From assembly GCF_004010195.1 (NCBI RefSeq), contig NC_057721.1, positions 44,845,768 through 44,909,767 of the forward strand: 64,000 nucleotides of DNA, written 5' to 3'. Both the position numbers and the translations under genes were made by a program. The stretch comes from Chiloscyllium plagiosum. Taxonomy: Eukaryota. Numbering within the stretch: the first letter of the stretch is position 1; each line of letters opens with the position of its first letter. This document shows positions 63,901 through 64,000 of this stretch, in pieces. The notes beneath the pieces are model-generated. The model saw only the letters and a program-made list of their open reading frames with translations. It was not told the origin of the DNA and ran no database searches.

Positions 63901-64000
63901 GCAAAAAGGTTTTGGAGAGAGTAAAACAAAGGGGTGACAGGATTGATGTATGAAAAAATATTGAATTGATTAGGACTATATTCACTGGACTTTAGAAAAA

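Overview
AT-rich vertebrate genomic DNA, almost certainly from a cartilaginous fish (shark): HE1-type V-SINEs, their CR1 partner LINEs and Penelope elements dominate. There are three assembly gaps (25685-26184, 29999-30553, 57907-58559). Most of the window is nested, decayed retroelement DNA (CR1, L2, Tx1, Penelope, Gypsy, solo LTRs, one retrovirus-like pol relic) plus Harbinger relics, and almost all listed ORFs are TE fragments or noise. The one host gene I can reconstruct is on the minus strand: a non-rearranging single-exon VJ-type immunoglobulin-superfamily receptor resembling the NKp30/NCR3 family. It has a leader exon (29062-29098), a VJ exon (28314-28966), a putative TM exon (24272-24383) and putative cytoplasmic exons (15960-16034 and 11456-11765, the last with an ITIM). 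It looks pseudogenised by a Tx1 insertion 16 bp upstream of the ATG, a frameshift in a GA run, a SINE inserted just before the G strand, and a stop codon plus a mutated acceptor in the TM exon. Other highlights: many short Penelope-derived insertions carrying minimal hammerhead-ribozyme motifs, a dual-RNase-H retrovirus-like element, and three short near-perfect inverted duplications. TE family calls come from motif recognition, not database searches, and boundaries are approximate unless a TSD is given.
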